Assembly: GCA_965208655.1 (NCBI GenBank)
Contig: CBDBPJ010000006.1
Location: forward strand, 259,839-323,838
Source: Gammaproteobacteria bacterium
GTDB lineage: Bacteria; Pseudomonadota; Gammaproteobacteria; Eutrophobiales; Eutrophobiaceae
Direction: 5' to 3'
DNA length: 64,000 bases
Positions within the stretch are counted from its first letter, which is position 1. Each line of letters opens with the position of its first letter. The notes beneath the pieces are model-generated. The model had not been told where the DNA came from and ran no database searches. It was given only the letters and a program-made list of their open reading frames with translations. Of this stretch, positions 46,699 through 56,279 are shown in pieces. A program made the translations under genes and the position numbers.

Positions 46699-47964
46699 TC
46701 AAAGCAGTGCGGCGTTGTGGCCGATGGACTGGGTCGCGCCCAGGTATGCCTCCATGATCCGGGTCGGGTCCTGCAGCAGGTGATCCTTCCACTTGCCCAG
46801 CTTCAGCTTTGTCTGTATCAGGCCCCGCAGTACGCCCACGTGGTTGGTCAGCCCGAGGGCCTGGGCGCCGACCAGGACATCGTCCTGGAACTGCAGGCTG
46901 ATGTAACGGTAACGTTCCTCATCCACCAGTTCGACGGACTCACCGCCGTCGACACCCATCCACAAACCGTAGGAGGTGGAGACCAGACCCATGGTATCCA
47001 GCACGTTCATGTTGACGCTGCCCTGGTGGCGGGTATCCCTGCCGGTCATGTTCATCGCTGCGATCCTGCCATGGTCCGCGGCAGTGGGCTGGATGGCCTG
47101 GACGCTGAATTCTTCCGTAGAAAAGTCCTTGCCCTGGCACACGTCGCCGGCGGCGTATACATCGGGATGGCTGCTTTGCAGGCGATCGTTTACCAGCACG
47201 CCGAAGTCAGCCTCGATACCGCTGCCTTCCAGGAACCGGATATTGGCCCGCACGCCGGTGGCGGAAATCACCACGTCGGCGCCCAACTGTTCGCCGTTAT
47301 CCAGTTTCACCGCCAACCTGCCGGCATCGTCCTGTTCGATGGATTCAACCCGGGTCGACGTCAGCACGTTGACGCCCTTGGATATACACCACTGTTTTAT
47401 CAGGTTTCCTGCAGTCTGGTCCATCATGCGCGGCACCATGCGGTCTTCCATTTCGATTACTGTCAGGTTCACCCCGCGCGCGGCCAGCGCCTCCAGGATA
47501 ATAGAGCCGATAAAGCCCGCTCCCATCAGGATAACGTCAGCACCTGAATCGGCCTTGTCTGCGATATTCCTGCCGTCCTCCAGGGTCCAGCAGGAATGGA
47601 CGCCAGGCAAATCCAGTCCCGGAATCGGTGGCCGAATTGGATGGGATCCCGTGGCGATCAATAACTTATCGAAGTTGACATCCGCTCCGCCTGACAGCGT
47701 TACGGTGTGAGCGCCGGGGTCTACCGACTCTACCCGGTCCTGGATTACCTCGATGTCCATATCCGCATAATGCGATGCGGACTTGCGCAGGTAAGTGCCG
47801 TCCTCACCGATATTATTGATGAGGTAGTACGGCAGGGCCATGCGCGAATACGGCGGTTCCGTCTCGTCGCCTATGAGCTTTATTGAACAGGAGGCATCGT
47901 TCTTCCTGAGGGTTTCCGCCGCGATAACGCCGGCGGGTCCGGCGCCTATGATTACGTGCTGCAT
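46699..47964 (-). CDS. FAD/NAD(P)-dependent pyridine nucleotide-disulfide oxidoreductase (AorC-like electron-transfer subunit)
   Basis: 421 aa. N-terminal Rossmann VIIGAGPAGVIAAETL, second GxGxxG ILMGAGFIGSIILEALAARG, AAGDVC. Confidence 0.8.
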   Translation of the reverse strand: MQHVIIGAGPAGVIAAETLRKNDASCSIKLIGDETEPPYSRMALPYYLINNIGEDGTYLRKSASHYADMDIEVIQDRVESVDPGAHTVTLSGGADVNFDKLLIATGSHPIRPPIPGLDLPGVHSCWTLEDGRNIADKADSGADVILMGAGFIGSIILEALAARGVNLTVIEMEDRMVPRMMDQTAGNLIKQWCISKGVNVLTSTRVESIEQDDAGRLAVKLDNGEQLGADVVISATGVRANIRFLEGSGIEADFGVLVNDRLQSSHPDVYAAGDVCQGKDFSTEEFSVQAIQPTAADHGRIAAMNMTGRDTRHQGSVNMNVLDTMGLVSTSYGLWMGVDGGESVELVDEERYRYISLQFQDDVLVGAQALGLTNHVGVLRGLIQTKLKLGKWKDHLLQDPTRIMEAYLGATQSIGHNAALL

Positions 47965-48026
47965 GTTTTCAGTCTCTTATTTTGCTCGCCTGGGGACGGA
48001 CTCAAGTCCGTCCCCGGCGTCCTTCA

Positions 48027-49877
48027 TTACAGACTCAGACGCTGCCGGGTCTCGTCGGTGGGCTCGCCCTGCTCGTTCCAACCGCGCACCTCGTAGTACT
48101 TGGGCAACATCTCGTGCAGGCGGTTCACATGGCCCTTCGCCGGTCCGGTCTGGGCCGGTTCGGTCAGCAGGCGCTTCGGCAAGGTGTCGTCCGCCGCGGT
48201 CAGTCCCGCCGCAAGGTTGAACTCGCGTTCCAGGTTCCAGATGCGCTCGCCCGCTTCCAGCATGGTCTCTGCGGTCCAGTCGCCCTCGCAGGCCGCCGCT
48301 ACCTGGGGAGCAATATCTTCCAGGGTCCAGGCAAACGTGGTGAACACGCACAGGCCGGACGAATCCACGATCGCGGTAGCGTCCTGGAATGCCTTGACCA
48401 GTTCCGGCTTGCCTTCCGTTTCCAACGGGTCGGTTTTTACGGGCACGCCCATCACCTCGGATGAAACGGTGTAACTGCGCAGGTGGCAGGCGCCGCGGTT
48501 GGACGTGGCGTAAGTCAGGCCCATGCCCTGGATGCCGCGCGGGTCGTAGGCAGGGAATTCCTGCCCCTTGACCGTCATGGACAAATCAGGATGGCCGTAT
48601 TTTTCACACAGGCGCTTGGAACCCATTCCCAGTTCCTGACCGAAACCCTCACCCTTGCAGGTGACTTCAGTCGCCCAGGTCAGCGCTTCCGCCGAACCGA
48701 ACTTCAGTTCGACGCCGTCCGTCTGCTCTTTTGTAATAGCGCCGATCTGGTAAAGCTCCATGGCCGCGGCGACGGTGGCGCCGAAGGAGATGGGGTCGAT
48801 CCCGTCCTCGTTGCAGATAAAATTCGCATAGGTCAGCGCATCTATGTCGTCCACACCGGTATCCGATCCCAGCGCCCAGGCTGCCTCGTATTCCAGGCCG
48901 CCTGACGCGCCCCAGTATTGCGGCTTGTTTTCGATGGAGAAATGGCCGCGATCGATAGTGGATATGCGCCCGCAGGCAATCGTACAACCGAAACAACCGG
49001 CGTTGGTCACCAGGTTGGGTTTGCCGTCGCTTTCGCGCGGTTCGTGCATGGCCTCGGCGGAGATCTTGCTGGCGCCCTCGAACTGCACTTCACGCATGTT
49101 ACGGGTCGGCATGGCGCCGACCTCGTTAATCACGTTCATCAGCACCTGGGTGCCGTAGGTCGGCAGACCCTGAGAGGTTACCGCGTTCTCTGCCAGGACT
49201 TGCTTGCCGTCATTGACCGCCTGCATGAATCCGGCCGGGTCCTTTATGTTGCCTACGCCCTTGGTTCCCCTCACCGCAACCGCCTTGAGGTTCTTGGATG
49301 CCATAACGGTGCCGACGCCGGAACGGCCGGCTGCGCGGTGCAGGTCGTTCACGATCGCCGCGTACAGGCAACCTTTCTCGGCAGCGCGGCCGACGGCGGC
49401 GATGCGCAATAGCGGGTCCTGATATTTCTTGTGCAGCCACTCGTCCGCAGTCCAGACCGACTCGCCCCAGATCTCATCAGCGGAGATGATCTCCACCTTG
49501 TCATTCTCGACGTACAGGTAAACCGGCTGAGGCGATTTGCCTTCAAAAATGATCATGTCGTAGCCCGCGGCCTTCAACTCGGCGCCGATGAATCCACCTG
49601 AATTCGAGCAGGCGACAGCCCCGGTCAGGGGGCTCTTGGTGACGACTGAATAGCGGCCGCCGGTGGAGGCCATGGTACCCGTCAGGGGGCCGGTCGTCAT
49701 GATCAGCTTATTGTCGGGCGCCAGGGCGTCGCACATGGGATCAATCTCTTCCACCAGGTACTTGGTGGCCAGCCCGCGCTGTCCCAGGTAGAGCCCGGCC
49801 CACTCCATGTTCAACGGTTCGTTGCTGGTGGTGCCGTCGGTCAGGTTTACTCGTAATACATTATTAGCCCAAGCCAT
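48027..49877 (-). CDS. aor: aldehyde:ferredoxin oxidoreductase (tungsten/tungstopterin AOR family) catalytic subunit
   Basis: 616 aa. N-terminal AFOR_N (RVNLTDGTTSNEPLNMEWAGLYLGQRGLATKYL...GPLTGT...GGRYSVVTKSPLTG) and C-terminal AFOR_C domain with the GCFGCTIACGR 4Fe-4S ligand region. Confidence 0.9.
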   Translation of the reverse strand: MAWANNVLRVNLTDGTTSNEPLNMEWAGLYLGQRGLATKYLVEEIDPMCDALAPDNKLIMTTGPLTGTMASTGGRYSVVTKSPLTGAVACSNSGGFIGAELKAAGYDMIIFEGKSPQPVYLYVENDKVEIISADEIWGESVWTADEWLHKKYQDPLLRIAAVGRAAEKGCLYAAIVNDLHRAAGRSGVGTVMASKNLKAVAVRGTKGVGNIKDPAGFMQAVNDGKQVLAENAVTSQGLPTYGTQVLMNVINEVGAMPTRNMREVQFEGASKISAEAMHEPRESDGKPNLVTNAGCFGCTIACGRISTIDRGHFSIENKPQYWGASGGLEYEAAWALGSDTGVDDIDALTYANFICNEDGIDPISFGATVAAAMELYQIGAITKEQTDGVELKFGSAEALTWATEVTCKGEGFGQELGMGSKRLCEKYGHPDLSMTVKGQEFPAYDPRGIQGMGLTYATSNRGACHLRSYTVSSEVMGVPVKTDPLETEGKPELVKAFQDATAIVDSSGLCVFTTFAWTLEDIAPQVAAACEGDWTAETMLEAGERIWNLEREFNLAAGLTAADDTLPKRLLTEPAQTGPAKGHVNRLHEMLPKYYEVRGWNEQGEPTDETRQRLSL

Positions 49878-49893
49878 TTTCTATCTCCTCCGT

Positions 49894-50382
49894 TCAGTTG
49901 GCGCCGGCGCTTGCCGCTGCATGTGCGCGCATCCTGCCGAGCCCGGTATGGTCGGCATCAACATACGTGATGGCGGCCGTCGGACAGGCTTTGGCGCATT
50001 CAGGGTCGCCGCCGCACAAATCACATTTATAGACAACCTTGGTGTCCTGGTTATAGTTGACCGTCCCGAACGGACAGGCGATGGTGCAGACCTTGCAGCC
50101 GACGCAAACATCAGCCAGTACGTCCTTGGAGCCGGTCTCTTCATTGAGCACGATGGCCTCAACGGGGCAGGCGTGCATGCACCATGCCTCGCTGCACTGG
50201 GTGCAGGTATAGGGGACAAACCGGCCTTCATCATGGAAGGTAAATACCTTGATGCGGGATTTGGCGGGGTTGAACACCCCTTCCGCCTGGTAGGAACAGG
50301 CCAGTTCGCATTGGAGACAACCGGTGCACTTCTCCGGCTCAATCTGGAGCGCTCTCAGCATCACATCCTCCTTAAGTAGCAA
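49894..50382 (-). CDS. 4Fe-4S multicluster ferredoxin (AorA-like electron-transfer subunit)
   Basis: 162 aa, four Cys motifs: CTGCLQCELAC, CTQCSEAWCMHACP, CVGCKVCTIACP, CDLCGGDPECAKACP. Confidence 0.85.
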   Translation of the reverse strand: MLLKEDVMLRALQIEPEKCTGCLQCELACSYQAEGVFNPAKSRIKVFTFHDEGRFVPYTCTQCSEAWCMHACPVEAIVLNEETGSKDVLADVCVGCKVCTIACPFGTVNYNQDTKVVYKCDLCGGDPECAKACPTAAITYVDADHTGLGRMRAHAAASAGAN

Positions 50383-50672
50383 CGTTTAAAATGACAGGGA
50401 TCGAAATAATCCCATGTAAAATCGGGAAAAAATCCCGGCTGTATTCGTCCCTGTTTTAATTATAATAGGACCTGCCGGTTTTTTCTTACAGCAAAGTTAT
50501 AGTTATCAATGAGGTCAGTCACCCTCTATGAAAAGAATACAAAATTATTCCGATGATGACAACCTGCTTTATCATGTATGGCGGAGCAGAACTATTTCCC
50601 GCATACTTGGCCTACCCTCCGTTGCCACGGGGGCAGGCTCCGCGCAAGCGGGGGTCAAACGGCAGGATAAAT

Positions 50673-51482
50673 ATGAACACCCTTAAAATCACAATAGCTG
50701 CATTCATCTTCCTGGGTTGCGTCACGGCCGGCGCCGTGGAGAAAACGGAAATCAATTTCGCGTTCATCGGCGCTACGGACAGCAACGCCTATGACGGTGT
50801 TGCGCAGGGCATCCACGAGGCAAACCTGCAAGGCCGGTTCCTGGGCCAGAACTACACCCTGCACGAGTTCAGCGCGGACAACATGGACGCTATCGACCCC
50901 GGTATGTTTATCGCCCTCATCGTCGCAACGAATGCAGGCGACCTGCGCCAGGCCGGTAACCGTTTCAAGGACCATGCCGTCCTCAACGTCGCGGTACATG
51001 ATGATGCGCTCAGGAACGAATGCAGTTCAAACCTGCTGCACGTGATTCCAAGCGGCAGGATGCTTGCGGATGCCGAAGCGCAGTGGCTGCAAAAATCACC
51101 GGACGCCGGGGTCACTGCGTCCGGGTGGCATCCTGATTTTGTAAAATTCGCGGCGCGGGATTTGAACAAACGCTTCAAAAAAAGGTTTTCCAGGCCCATG
51201 GACCAGTATGCCTGGGCCGGCTGGGCCGCGGTCAAAATGGCCTCGGACTCGGTGGCCAGGAAAGACCTCACGGACCCTGCCGGGCTTTTGCAGTACCTGA
51301 AAACCGGGTTATCGTTTGACGGCCAGAAGGGTCTGGACATGGATTTTCGTGATACCGGCCAGTTGCGCCAACTGCTGCTGATGGTTGATCCCGCCGGAGA
51401 TCTTGTGGGTGAGGCGCCGGTAAGAGGGGTCGTCGCGCCGGATGACGTGGATAGCCTGGGCCTGGCTTCCTGTTATAATTGA
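50673..51482 (+). CDS. periplasmic substrate-binding protein, PQQ-dependent alcohol dehydrogenase-associated type (MxaJ/PBP-like)
   Basis: Start at ATG 50673 (SD AGGA at -9), signal peptide MNTLKITIAAFIFLGCVTAGA. Bilobed PBP-like composition. The upstream in-frame extension to 50553 was rejected. Assignment rests largely on adjacency to the TIGR03866-type beta-propeller. Confidence 0.5.
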   Translation: MNTLKITIAAFIFLGCVTAGAVEKTEINFAFIGATDSNAYDGVAQGIHEANLQGRFLGQNYTLHEFSADNMDAIDPGMFIALIVATNAGDLRQAGNRFKDHAVLNVAVHDDALRNECSSNLLHVIPSGRMLADAEAQWLQKSPDAGVTASGWHPDFVKFAARDLNKRFKKRFSRPMDQYAWAGWAAVKMASDSVARKDLTDPAGLLQYLKTGLSFDGQKGLDMDFRDTGQLRQLLLMVDPAGDLVGEAPVRGVVAPDDVDSLGLASCYN

Positions 51483-51491
51483 GCCACAGAG

Positions 51492-51530
51492 GACACAGAG
51501 GACACAGAGATCACAGAGAAAAGTCAGAGA
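51492..51530. repeat. Tandem 9-mer repeat (ACACAGAGG)x3-4 with downstream inverted complement
   Basis: ccacagaggacacagaggacacagagatcacagagaaaagtcagagacag ... cctctgtctaccctgtggctga, between the PBP and beta-propeller genes. Confidence 0.5.
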
Positions 51531-51599
51531 CAGCAGAACTTTGCTCAGCAACCTCTGTCTACCCTGTGGCTGACTACATATTTTATTCAGGAGTAACAG

Positions 51600-52550
51600 A
51601 TGAAACATCTCATTACTGTTAGCGTAATCTTGCTGGCCGCCATGCAGCTTGCCCATGCCGCCAGCGGCCGTATTTTCGTCACCAATGAGCGGAGCAACGA
51701 TATATCCGTCATAGACGGCTCATCGCTGGAGGTCGTAAGAACCATCGAGGTCGGCGACCGGCCCAGGGGTATCGGCATCTCGCCGGACGGCGCCGAGCTC
51801 TATATCGCGGTCAGTGAAGAAAACGTTATCGCGGTACTCGACCTGAACACACTGGAGCTGTTGCGGAAATTCCAGGCCGGTTCCGATCCGGAAACCTTTG
51901 CGGTACACCCGAACGGGAACATCTATATTTCCAACGAAGATGACGCCAAGGCCTCTGTCTATAATCCCAAAACGGGCGAGCAACTGGCGGAGATACAGGT
52001 AGGCCTGGAGCCGGAAGGCGTGGCTATCTCACCTGACGGCAAGCATGTGATCGTGACCAGCGAATCGACCAACATGCTGCACGTCATCCAGGTCCCCGAA
52101 CACACCATAGTCGCCAATATCCTGGTGGGCGCCAGGCCGCGCGCAGCCACGTTCACCAACGACGGCACGATAGCCTACTCCACCTCCGAGATCAGCGGCG
52201 AGGTGAAAAAGGTCGATATGACTACTTTTGAGGTGGTCGCAGTCAGGAAAATAGCCGATGAAAAAGCCAAACCCAAGGACGTAATCCTGAACAAGGACGA
52301 AACCAAGCTCTACGTAGCGGGCGGCAGGTCCAACCAGGTCATCGTGATGGCCGCGGATCAGATGGAAGTCATCAAGGGCATCCCCGTGGGCAAGCGGGTA
52401 TGGGGTCTTGCCATGACCAAAGACGGCAGCAAGGTGTTCAGCACCGACGGGGTCAGCGGCACGGTATCCGTGATCGACACCGGCAAGGACGAGGTCATCA
52501 AGACAATCGAAGTCGGCAAATTCCCCTGGGGCGTCGTAATTGATGATTAG
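51600..52550 (+). CDS. YVTN-family beta-propeller repeat protein, PQQ-dependent catabolism-associated type
   Basis: 316 aa. Signal peptide, then repeated units ...RIFVTNERSNDISVIDGSS.../...LYIAVSEENVIAVLDLNT.../...IYISNEDDAKASVYNP.../...VIVTSESTNMLHVIQV.../...LYVAGGRSNQVIVMAAD.../...VFSTDGVSGTVSVIDT... Each unit has the YVTN lactonase-like repeat pattern. Confidence 0.75.
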   Translation: MKHLITVSVILLAAMQLAHAASGRIFVTNERSNDISVIDGSSLEVVRTIEVGDRPRGIGISPDGAELYIAVSEENVIAVLDLNTLELLRKFQAGSDPETFAVHPNGNIYISNEDDAKASVYNPKTGEQLAEIQVGLEPEGVAISPDGKHVIVTSESTNMLHVIQVPEHTIVANILVGARPRAATFTNDGTIAYSTSEISGEVKKVDMTTFEVVAVRKIADEKAKPKDVILNKDETKLYVAGGRSNQVIVMAADQMEVIKGIPVGKRVWGLAMTKDGSKVFSTDGVSGTVSVIDTGKDEVIKTIEVGKFPWGVVIDD

Positions 52551-52575
52551 GAATTCTCGTAATTCCTATTCCGGT
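52546..52575. terminator. Hairpin terminator built from the AATTCCT/AGGAATT heptamer motif
   Basis: ttaggaattctcgtaattcctatt has stem AGGAATT...AATTCCT. Lies between convergent genes (51600..52550 and 52566..53387). Confidence 0.5.
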
Positions 52576-53387
52576 TTCATAAACTTCATGGTCATCCTGT
52601 CGCTCTCGCCGATGGCCGCATATTTCTCGCGATCCTCATCTTTCAGCCGGTAGACCGGCGGCAGGGTCCAGACGCCTTTCGGGTGGTCTTTGGTATCTTT
52701 CGGATTGGCATTGATTTCGGCCTTGTCGACAAACTGAAGGCCGGCCTGTTGCGCCAGGCGGATCACTTCAGCCTCCGGGACATAACCCTGTTTTGACCAT
52801 TCCTTGCCGACCATATGCTCCTCGCCCCGGTGCGTCACCAGGCCCAGGGTACCGCCCGGCTTGAGCACCTTGTATATCGCCGCAAAAACCTGGTCCGCCG
52901 TGTCGTTGTTCAACCAGTTGTGGACATTGCGGAAGGTCAGCACCATGTCCGCCTGCCCCTCCGGCTGTAGCTCTGCCTTATTCGGGGGCGCAAATTCGAA
53001 CATGCTGACTTCGCCGTAGATTTCCGGTTCGGCCGCGAGCTTGTCCGCGTATTTTTGATAGCTGCGCCGGTAGTATTCGATCTCGGATTCGCTGTCGTAG
53101 CTCCCCACGTAGAAATTCCCGTTGTCCCTAAGGTAAGGGGCCAGGATTTCCGAGTACCAGCCACCCGCTCCGGGGGAAATCTCGACCACCGTCATGTCAT
53201 TGCGGATACCGAACCAGTCCAGGGTTTGCGCCGGGTGGCGGTACTGGTTACGGGCCTTGTAGGCGTCGGAACGATGGTCGCCGTCGGCGAGCGCGGTAAG
53301 TTGATCGATGTGTTCATTGGCGGCGGCGTGCAATGCCGGCAGGCTCAGAATCGCAACCAGGACGACCAGATAATGTTTCAGCTTCAT
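52566..53387 (-). CDS. class I SAM-dependent methyltransferase with N-terminal signal peptide
   Basis: 273 aa. Signal peptide MKLKHYLVVLVAILSLPALHA. Motif I VVEISPGAGGWY. Post-I ...VLKPGGTLGLV. Confidence 0.65.
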   Translation of the reverse strand: MKLKHYLVVLVAILSLPALHAAANEHIDQLTALADGDHRSDAYKARNQYRHPAQTLDWFGIRNDMTVVEISPGAGGWYSEILAPYLRDNGNFYVGSYDSESEIEYYRRSYQKYADKLAAEPEIYGEVSMFEFAPPNKAELQPEGQADMVLTFRNVHNWLNNDTADQVFAAIYKVLKPGGTLGLVTHRGEEHMVGKEWSKQGYVPEAEVIRLAQQAGLQFVDKAEINANPKDTKDHPKGVWTLPPVYRLKDEDREKYAAIGESDRMTMKFMKPE

Positions 53388-53458
53388 TACTCAATTCCTC
53401 CGTTATTCCGGGTAAGGCATATATGTTACCCTGTCTTGCAAGCGTAGAGAAATCCCTG

Positions 53459-54232
53459 ATGAAACAAACTGCCATCATAACAGGCGCCGGGGCCGGCATC
53501 GGCAGGGCCTGCGCCGGATACTTTGCAATACAAGGGTACCGGGTCGCGGTTGCGGATATCGACCCTGAACGTGTTGCAAAGACGACCGCTGAAATCACCG
53601 GCTCAGGGGGCGAGGCCATCGGTATAACCGGTGATATTTCCCTGCAGGAAACCGCGCAGGAAATCAGGGATAAAACCCTTGAAGCATGGGGGCGGGTCGA
53701 TGTGCTGGTGGCCAACGCGGGGATACAGACCGGCGGCAGCCTGCTCGATACCGGGGAACAGGACTGGGACAGGATCATGGCAGTCAACCTGAAAGGTGTT
53801 GCACATTCCTGCAAATCCGTTCTGCCAACCATGAGGGAACAACAACAGGGGTCGATAATCATCGTCTCTTCGGTGAATGCCACGGTCGGTTCGGCCGGGA
53901 TGGCCATGTACGACGCCAGCAAGGCAGCCGTGCTCGCGCTGATGCGCAACCTGGCGGTGGAAAACGGCGAGTACGGTATCAGGGTGAATGCCGTTGCGCC
54001 GGGCGCGACGCTCACCGACTACCACCTGCAGCGGGCGGCGGACAGGGGAATGACACCAGAGCAATTGCGCTATGCTACGCACGGCTACGGCTTGCTGGGC
54101 CGCGCCGCGGAACCGGAAGAAATTGCTGCTGCCATCTATTTCCTGGCATCGGATCAGGCATCATTTATTACCGGCCAGACCCTGTTCGCTGACGGCGGTT
54201 TTTCGGTTACCGCCAACCGTCAGCCCGCCTAG
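53459..54232 (+). CDS. SDR family NAD(P)-dependent oxidoreductase
   Basis: Start at MKQTAIITGAGAGIGRA (TGxxxGxG). NAG (VLVANAG), catalytic YDASK (YxxxK). The upstream extension to 53333 overlaps the methyltransferase and was rejected. Confidence 0.85.
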   Translation: MKQTAIITGAGAGIGRACAGYFAIQGYRVAVADIDPERVAKTTAEITGSGGEAIGITGDISLQETAQEIRDKTLEAWGRVDVLVANAGIQTGGSLLDTGEQDWDRIMAVNLKGVAHSCKSVLPTMREQQQGSIIIVSSVNATVGSAGMAMYDASKAAVLALMRNLAVENGEYGIRVNAVAPGATLTDYHLQRAADRGMTPEQLRYATHGYGLLGRAAEPEEIAAAIYFLASDQASFITGQTLFADGGFSVTANRQPA

Positions 54233-54244
54233 GTCACTTTCAAC

Positions 54245-55228
54245 ATGCCGGAAAAGATCAGGTGGGGCATCCTCGGGACCGGGCGCATAGCCGGGAAGTT
54301 TGCCGTTGCCCTGAACTATCTTGAGGATGCCGAACTTTATGGAGTAGCTTCCAGGTCCGAAGAAAAAGCCGCGAGTTTTGCTATGGAGTATTCGGCGTCC
54401 GAACAATATCCCGACTACGACAGCCTCGCCGCCGATCCTGATATCGACGTGGTATACATCGCCACTCCCCATTCCCTGCACAAGGACAACTGCCTGATGT
54501 GCCTGGGGCACGGCAACGCGGTGTTATGTGAAAAACCGTTTACCATCAATGCCATGGAAGCCGTCTCGGTCATCGGCTTTGCACGGGAACGGCAACTCTT
54601 TCTCATGGAGGCGATGTGGACACGTTTCATCCCCGCGGCAATTAAATTGAAAGAACTGATAGAAGATAACGTAATAGGCGATATCCGGTACCTGTTTGCC
54701 GGTGGCGCAATCCTGCCCGATTTTGACCCCGACTTTTATGTGTTCAGGAAAGAACTGGGCGGCGGAGTGTTGCTTGATGCCGGCGTTTATCTCGTCTCCC
54801 TGGCGTCCTGGCTGCTGGGTTACCCGGATAATATCCAGTCCGCGGGCAAGCTGAACGGGCGCGGCGTCGACGACCACGATGCGCTCCTGCTGGAGTACGA
54901 CTCCGGCGCCATTGCCAGCATGTACGTCTCGATGCGCACCAAATCCCGCCCGGACATCACCGTCCTGGGCAGTAAAGGAAAGATATATGTTCATCCTCCC
55001 CTGTTCTGTCCAAGCAGGATCACACTGAGCCTGTTCGATGCTGAAGAAACGGAAATAACCCTGCCGATCGAATCCAACGGTTATCAATTTGAAATAATGG
55101 AAGTCAACCGATGTTTGAGAGAGGGAAAAACGGAAAGCGACGTCATGCCGCTGGATGAGACATTGGAAATAATGCGAATGATGGATGAGATACGCGGGCA
55201 AATCGGCCTGAAATATCCGATGGAATAA
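54245..55228 (+). CDS. Gfo/Idh/MocA family oxidoreductase
   Basis: 327 aa. N-terminal Rossmann IRWGILGTGRIAGKF, EKP motif (CEKPFTIN), C-terminal alpha/beta domain. Confidence 0.85.
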   Translation: MPEKIRWGILGTGRIAGKFAVALNYLEDAELYGVASRSEEKAASFAMEYSASEQYPDYDSLAADPDIDVVYIATPHSLHKDNCLMCLGHGNAVLCEKPFTINAMEAVSVIGFARERQLFLMEAMWTRFIPAAIKLKELIEDNVIGDIRYLFAGGAILPDFDPDFYVFRKELGGGVLLDAGVYLVSLASWLLGYPDNIQSAGKLNGRGVDDHDALLLEYDSGAIASMYVSMRTKSRPDITVLGSKGKIYVHPPLFCPSRITLSLFDAEETEITLPIESNGYQFEIMEVNRCLREGKTESDVMPLDETLEIMRMMDEIRGQIGLKYPME

Positions 55229-55311
55229 GCCTTAGGCCTGAGAAAGTGTTGTATTATATGCCGGCAAAGCCGGAGCAGCACACCTGTGGCGGCCCTTGAA
55301 CACACCATAAT

Positions 55312-55387
55312 GCCGGATTAGCTCAGTTGGTAGAGCGCCCGCCTTGTAAGCGGATGGTCGGCGGTTCGAATCCGTCATCCGGCACCA
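55312..55387 (+). tRNA. tRNA-Thr (anticodon UGU)
   Basis: GCCGGAT/ATCCGGC acceptor stem, D-arm GCTCAGTTGGTAGAGC, anticodon loop CTTGTAA (TGT), T-arm GGCGGTTCGAATCCGTC, 3' ACCA. 76 nt. Confidence 0.9.
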
Positions 55388-55399
55388 TCTTTCTTTTTT

Positions 55400-55755
55400 T
55401 CGTTACAATCACCTTCTATGCCCGCTCCAACCTCTGCTGGACACCGGGCTCGGGCAACCTGCTCGATAACTACCCGGACAAGAACCTGAACGCCCGTAGC
55501 GGCCTCGGCAACCTGTACAGCCAGTATGCGCCGGCCGGTCTCAACGGGCGGTTTATTCTGACGGGTTCGAGCAGTCCTGCCTTGATTGCCGAGATATCGG
55601 AAACACTTGCCGGCCGTGTGGCCATCGTTGAACTGGGCACGTTCAAGAGTAATGAGTATTATGGTTATAGTGATATGAAGTGGAGTCTTCAGTGCGTTAT
55701 TTTAGACACCATACCTGTTTTAAGTCTATTATCTGCACTGTTCCACAACAGGTAA
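55400..55755 (+). pseudogene. C-terminal remnant of an AAA+ ATPase (AAA_14/DUF4143 family) gene
   Basis: Encodes ...RFILTGSSSPALIAEISETLAGRVAIVELGTFKSNEY..., resembling the middle/C-terminal region of DUF4143 ATPases. There is no N-terminal Walker A region and no proper start, and the ORF runs through the tRNA upstream. Confidence 0.45.
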
Positions 55756-55762
55756 CCGTAAC

Positions 55763-56203
55763 ATGCCGACTTATACAGTAACCCATTCATCCCTGGACCT
55801 GAATCCGGAGCAGAAAAATCAGATCGCAAAGGGAATAACCGAAGCGCATTACAGGGTAACCGGGGCAAACAGATATTTTGCCCAGGTGATATTCAATGAG
55901 AAATCCGAAGCAGACCACTTCATGGGCGGGAAAACCATATCCGAACCACAGTTGTTCCTGCTTGGTCAGATTCGGTCAGGAAGAACGGAACAGGTGAAGA
56001 AAAAATTAATTCTGGAATTAAGAGATGTCCTGATTCAATTTTCCGGACTGGATCAGACCAATGTCTGGGTATATATCATCGACTTATTGCCAGAACAGAT
56101 GATCGAGTACGGAGAAATCCTACCGGAGTCAGGCAAGGAACAGGAATGGTATGCAAACCTGTCTCCGGAACTGAAGGACAAACTGTCCAGGATAGACGGG
56201 TAA
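55763..56203 (+). CDS. tautomerase-superfamily protein (Pro-1 N-terminus)
   Basis: 146 aa beginning MPTYTVTHS (catalytic Pro1 after Met removal). The ~140 aa size fits the long tautomerase family. Confidence 0.6.
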   Translation: MPTYTVTHSSLDLNPEQKNQIAKGITEAHYRVTGANRYFAQVIFNEKSEADHFMGGKTISEPQLFLLGQIRSGRTEQVKKKLILELRDVLIQFSGLDQTNVWVYIIDLLPEQMIEYGEILPESGKEQEWYANLSPELKDKLSRIDG

Positions 56204-56279
56204 CCACGCCGGATTTACCGCCACTCCCGGTTCTGCATCCGCTGCCTGCACTGGTGTTGCCAACTACAGGATATCGCTC

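Noticed and set aside
46717-47710. 276-aa and 244-aa plus-strand ORFs
   Set aside because: Antisense to the FAD-dependent oxidoreductase (clear Rossmann motifs on the minus strand).
53314-54192. 233-aa minus-strand and 168-aa plus-strand ORFs
   Set aside because: Overlap the SDR gene in other frames or antisense. The SDR has TGxxxGxG and YxxxK.
55327-55755. 142-aa ORF starting inside the tRNA-Thr gene
   Set aside because: The 5' part is the tRNA itself. Only the distal part encodes a DUF4143-like remnant, annotated as a pseudogene fragment rather than an intact CDS.
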